Shown: piece after piece, positions 41,112 to 45,847 of the stretch
Layout: every line of letters begins with the position of its first letter
Position numbering within the stretch: position 1 is the first letter of the stretch
The notes under the pieces: model-generated
Seen by the model: the letters and a program-made list of their open reading frames with translations, nothing else
Told to the model about the DNA's origin: nothing
Databases searched by the model: none
Source of the DNA: Seison nebaliae
Lineage: Eukaryota
Assembly: GCA_023231475.1 (NCBI GenBank)
Contig: JALJEE010001505.1
Span: 1-45,847, forward strand
Length of the DNA stretch: 45,847 nucleotides
Direction: 5' to 3'
Translations under genes and position numbers: made by a program

Positions 41112-42635
41112 ATGCCGAGATCATTTGATGATGAACGGAAGTTTTTAGAGAGACTCACTCCCAATTGTTGGCGAATCAAAAAAGGATTCGTTCCCAACAT
41201 GCAAACGGAGGGTCGATTCTATGTAAACGGTTATTTGGAGAGGTTAATGTTCGAAGAGTTACGAGCATCGAGTTCTGGTGAGAGTGCTGGTGGTGGTTTC
41301 CTTCCAGGAGTGAAACAAATAGCGAATGTTGCAGCTCTTCCTGGAATTGTCGGTTATTCCATTGGTTTACCTGATATTCATGCAGGATATGGATTTGCTA
41401 TTGGAAATATGGCAGCATTCGATATGGATGAGAAAGCGAAAGGAATAGTCTCTCCTGGTGGAGTTGGTTTTGACATCAATTGTGGAGTTCGTTTATTAAG
41501 AACAAATTTATTCGAGAAGGATGTTATCCCTCAAAAAGAGAAATTGACACAAATGTTATTCGACCATATTCCGGTCGGTGTGGGCAGTAGAGGATTAATT
41601 CAAATGAATTCTCGTTCTCTGGATGAAGCACTTGAAATGGGAATGGATTATTCGTTACGAGAAGGACATGCATGGCCGGAAGATAAAGAGCATTGTGAAG
41701 AACAAGGAAGAATGATTGATGCATCTCCTGCACATGTCAGTAGTCGAGCAAAGAAACGAGGACTACCTCAATTGGGTACATTGGGAGCAGGTAATCATTA
41801 TGCAGAAATTCAAGTGATCGATGAAATTTATGATAAATATGCGGCGAAAAGAATGGGCTTGAATGACGTTGGTCAAGTGTGTGTGATGATTCATTGCGGT
41901 TCACGAGGTCTCGGTCATCAAGTGGCAACTGATTCTTTAGTGTCTATGGAGAAATGTATGAAACGAGATAATATCGAAGTGAATGATCGTCAATTAGCTT
42001 GTGCTTATATTCATTCAAAAGAAGGACAAGATTATTTGAAAGGAATGAGAGCCGCTGCCAATTATGCATGGGTTAATCGAAGTTCTATGACTCATTTGAC
42101 CAGACAGGCATTTGCCAATTGTTTCAATACATCTGCTGACGATCTTGATATGCATCTCATTTACGACGTCTCACATAATATAGCAAAAGAAGAAGAACAT
42201 TTAGTTGATGGTAAAATTCGTCGTCTTCTCGTCCATCGGAAAGGATCAACCAGAGCATTCCCACCACATCATCCTCTAATTCCTGTCGATTATCAATTGA
42301 TCGGACAACCAATTCTCATCGGAGGTACAATGGGAACATGTAGTTATGTGTTGACTGGAACGGAGAAAGGAATGCAACAAACATTCGGATCTACTTGTCA
42401 TGGGGCAGGTCGTGCACTTTCAAGGGCGAAGGCAAGGCGCAAATTGGAGTGGACGGACGTGTTGGATAATTTGAAAGAGAAAGGTATCTCTATTCGAGTA
42501 GCCTCACCTAAACTCATTCAAGAGGAAGCACCCGAATCATACAAAGACGTCACTCAAGTGGTGGAGACGTGTCATTCGGCAGGAATTTCAAAAAAATGTG
42601 TTAAACTTCGTCCAATTGCTGTAATAAAAGGATAA
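41112..42635 (+). CDS. RTCB: tRNA-splicing ligase RtcB (metazoan type), 507 aa, intronless
   Basis: Single ORF from ATG 41112. Motifs [63 protein letters not shown] (guanylylated His) and [10 protein letters not shown] are all intact. N-terminal [12 protein letters not shown] as in animal RTCB. AATAAA at 42703-42708. Confidence 0.98.
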   Translation: MPRSFDDERKFLERLTPNCWRIKKGFVPNMQTEGRFYVNGYLERLMFEELRASSSGESAGGGFLPGVKQIANVAALPGIVGYSIGLPDIHAGYGFAIGNMAAFDMDEKAKGIVSPGGVGFDINCGVRLLRTNLFEKDVIPQKEKLTQMLFDHIPVGVGSRGLIQMNSRSLDEALEMGMDYSLREGHAWPEDKEHCEEQGRMIDASPAHVSSRAKKRGLPQLGTLGAGNHYAEIQVIDEIYDKYAAKRMGLNDVGQVCVMIHCGSRGLGHQVATDSLVSMEKCMKRDNIEVNDRQLACAYIHSKEGQDYLKGMRAAANYAWVNRSSMTHLTRQAFANCFNTSADDLDMHLIYDVSHNIAKEEEHLVDGKIRRLLVHRKGSTRAFPPHHPLIPVDYQLIGQPILIGGTMGTCSYVLTGTEKGMQQTFGSTCHGAGRALSRAKARRKLEWTDVLDNLKEKGISIRVASPKLIQEEAPESYKDVTQVVETCHSAGISKKCVKLRPIAVIKG

Positions 42636-43111
42636 ATCTCGTTATTAATTAATTTATAATCAACTTAAAAATTTATCGTCTGTAAATTTTAATGAAAAGT
42701 TTAATAAAAATTTTCTATGGAATTTGATGGAAAACAAACATAAATGTCATTGTGTTATGGAAAGATTTATTTATGACGAATTTATTAGAATATTCTAACT
42801 AATATAAAATAAAAATTTCGTTTGTTTATTTAATAACCATTACAATGATCGTTCATTTAAATAAGTAATCGATAAGAATTTTAGAAACTAAAAATTTGAA
42901 ACCATAAATTTCACCATCTTCTGATGAAAACAAATAGGGATGAATGGAGAAGAGGAAGATAAAGATTCTAATATATGCACTGTCCTTCAACTTTACGTAA
43001 TGGATGACAGATGGTAATATTAGTGGAAGAATATTGTAATTTGATCAGTTTAATTTATTAGTAATATTTCACTTCTCTCATACTCTCGTGGGAGCTGGAG
43101 CTGCAGTGATT

Positions 43112-44517
<1,406 letters not shown>

Positions 44518-44834
44518 ATGAAATCCAAAACAAATCAATCCACAAAAAGGCACAAGTAATACAAATGTATCATCAATAATTCAGTTTTTTCGATTGAATG
44601 AATTTTCTTTAATAAACATTTTCGTCGGTACATTTTTCATGTAAACATGATAATACGATAATAATATTACAAATGGAAATATTTTATTTATTATTTATTA
44701 CATGTAGTCTATTCTTTTAGAAGGTTTATATTTTCCCTTAAATCGCTTGTTCCTAATTTTAACATGCATTATGAAAAGAAAAAATCTAATGATATATTGA
44801 AATAAAGAGGATATGTATTATCAATTAAAATAAA

Positions 44835-45847
44835 TTATTATTATTATTATTTATTGCTCAGAAAAAGTGAAGAAAACTCCCATGAGGGATAAAATAAAAA
44901 ATGAGTTAAATTAAAGAAGAAAAAAGAAAAAAGAAAAAAAAACAGAAAAATAAAAAGAAATGATTAAAAAAAAGAAAGAAGAGAGAAAGATAAATCTACA
45001 GCACGAACTCTCAGACGAAATATTAGATATATCTAATAATCATACAAAGTGTTCCCGTTCAGAAACTCCGAAAACTCGCTAAACTTGCTTTGATCGAGCA
45101 TATGTCGGGCATTGGAAAGATGAGGGAGGAGATTTGGTTGCCGAAGGTTGATTGATGAAAAATTGTAAATAAAATTCTTAAATTCAGATGAAGTTGATGA
45201 TGGCCGTATATCATAATAATCTCGAACATGCCCTAAAATCGATCTGTCAGATTCCAACATTTCAACGATCAACGAATCCATACCTTGAAACGAGGGATAA
45301 GCTGAAACCCCATCCAAAACTCCTAAGATTCTCTTTGCGAATATTATCGGAAAAGGAACGAGATCCGTAAGAGAAAACAGGAATGCTCTATTAGTGCCGT
45401 AAGCACATCGAACGCTCTTGATGCGTCGAGAAACGAAATATGAAGAGGACGGTTCGTTGTCTTATGATAATAGATTAAGGATCTCACAATGGCCACGCAA
45501 GGATGCACCTGTCTGTTGTTTCTCCTATAAGCACATTGAACTGTGGAGGAATAAAATTCATACTGGAATCTTCTTATAATCACACGTTCAAAAACGCGAA
45601 GGAGGAACGAAGGAACACAGATGGGACGAAAGGAGCTAACCAAAGACGAATCCATCAATTGATTCTTCGCCAGACAATTGTTAATGAGAGAAGAAATCTT
45701 TGGTAGAAGACTCTCGATCGAGAATTGAGCCAGCATCGGACAAACGTTATCACAACCATGTGCAGTTGAGCTCTTTAGTGAAGTAATGGCAGATCTAATT
45801 TCATCATTTGAAAAAGAAAAGAGAGAAATGTTGGATGAATTAGAAGA
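44835..45847 (-). mobile_element. Degenerate, internally deleted non-LTR (LINE-type) retrotransposon fragment continuing beyond the window edge
   Basis: Open frame 45847-45344 encodes early RT motifs EIRSAITSLKSSTAHGCDN, SFRPICVPSFLLRVFERVI, QCAYR and ISFLDASRAFD. The downstream QG..LSP and YADD motifs are missing. The putative 3' end is AATAAA followed by (TAA)n at about 44855-44835 on the minus strand. Confidence 0.8.

Noticed and set aside
41112..42635. RtcB as a bacterial horizontal transfer or part of an Rtc/defence operon
   Set aside because: The sequence is clearly animal-type ([13 protein letters not shown]-terminus, [12 protein letters not shown]), and the neighbours are spliced eukaryotic genes.

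Overview
AT-rich eukaryotic genomic DNA, most likely from a compact-genome invertebrate animal: it carries a JNK, an antistasin-type domain and invertebrate-type VPS54 zinc fingers. A spiralian such as a rotifer relative is a guess only. Manual splicing resolves six protein genes: a 2-exon secreted antistasin/follistatin-N-like peptide (-), a ~23.6 kb 8-exon spectrin-repeat Klarsicht/nesprin-like tail-anchored protein (+), VPS54 (-, 9 exons), UBE2H (-, 6 exons, absent from the ORF track), an intronless RTCB (+) and a divergent JNK (+, 6 exons). A decayed non-LTR retrotransposon lies at the right edge. The main anomaly is the splice code. All 26 coding introns I reconstructed begin GTT (+3 = U) instead of the usual GTA/GTG, only 5 of 26 have exonic -1G, and 15 of 26 lack both -1G and +5G. 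This suggests lineage-specific 5' splice-site recognition, with the testable prediction of a U1 snRNA carrying A at position 6. Secondary points are a KASH-like tail without PPPX, two near-identical RFX X-boxes inside the big gene, and a candidate poison micro-exon in VPS54. All gene models are hand-built without RNA-seq or database searches; comparisons to human or fly proteins are from memory.
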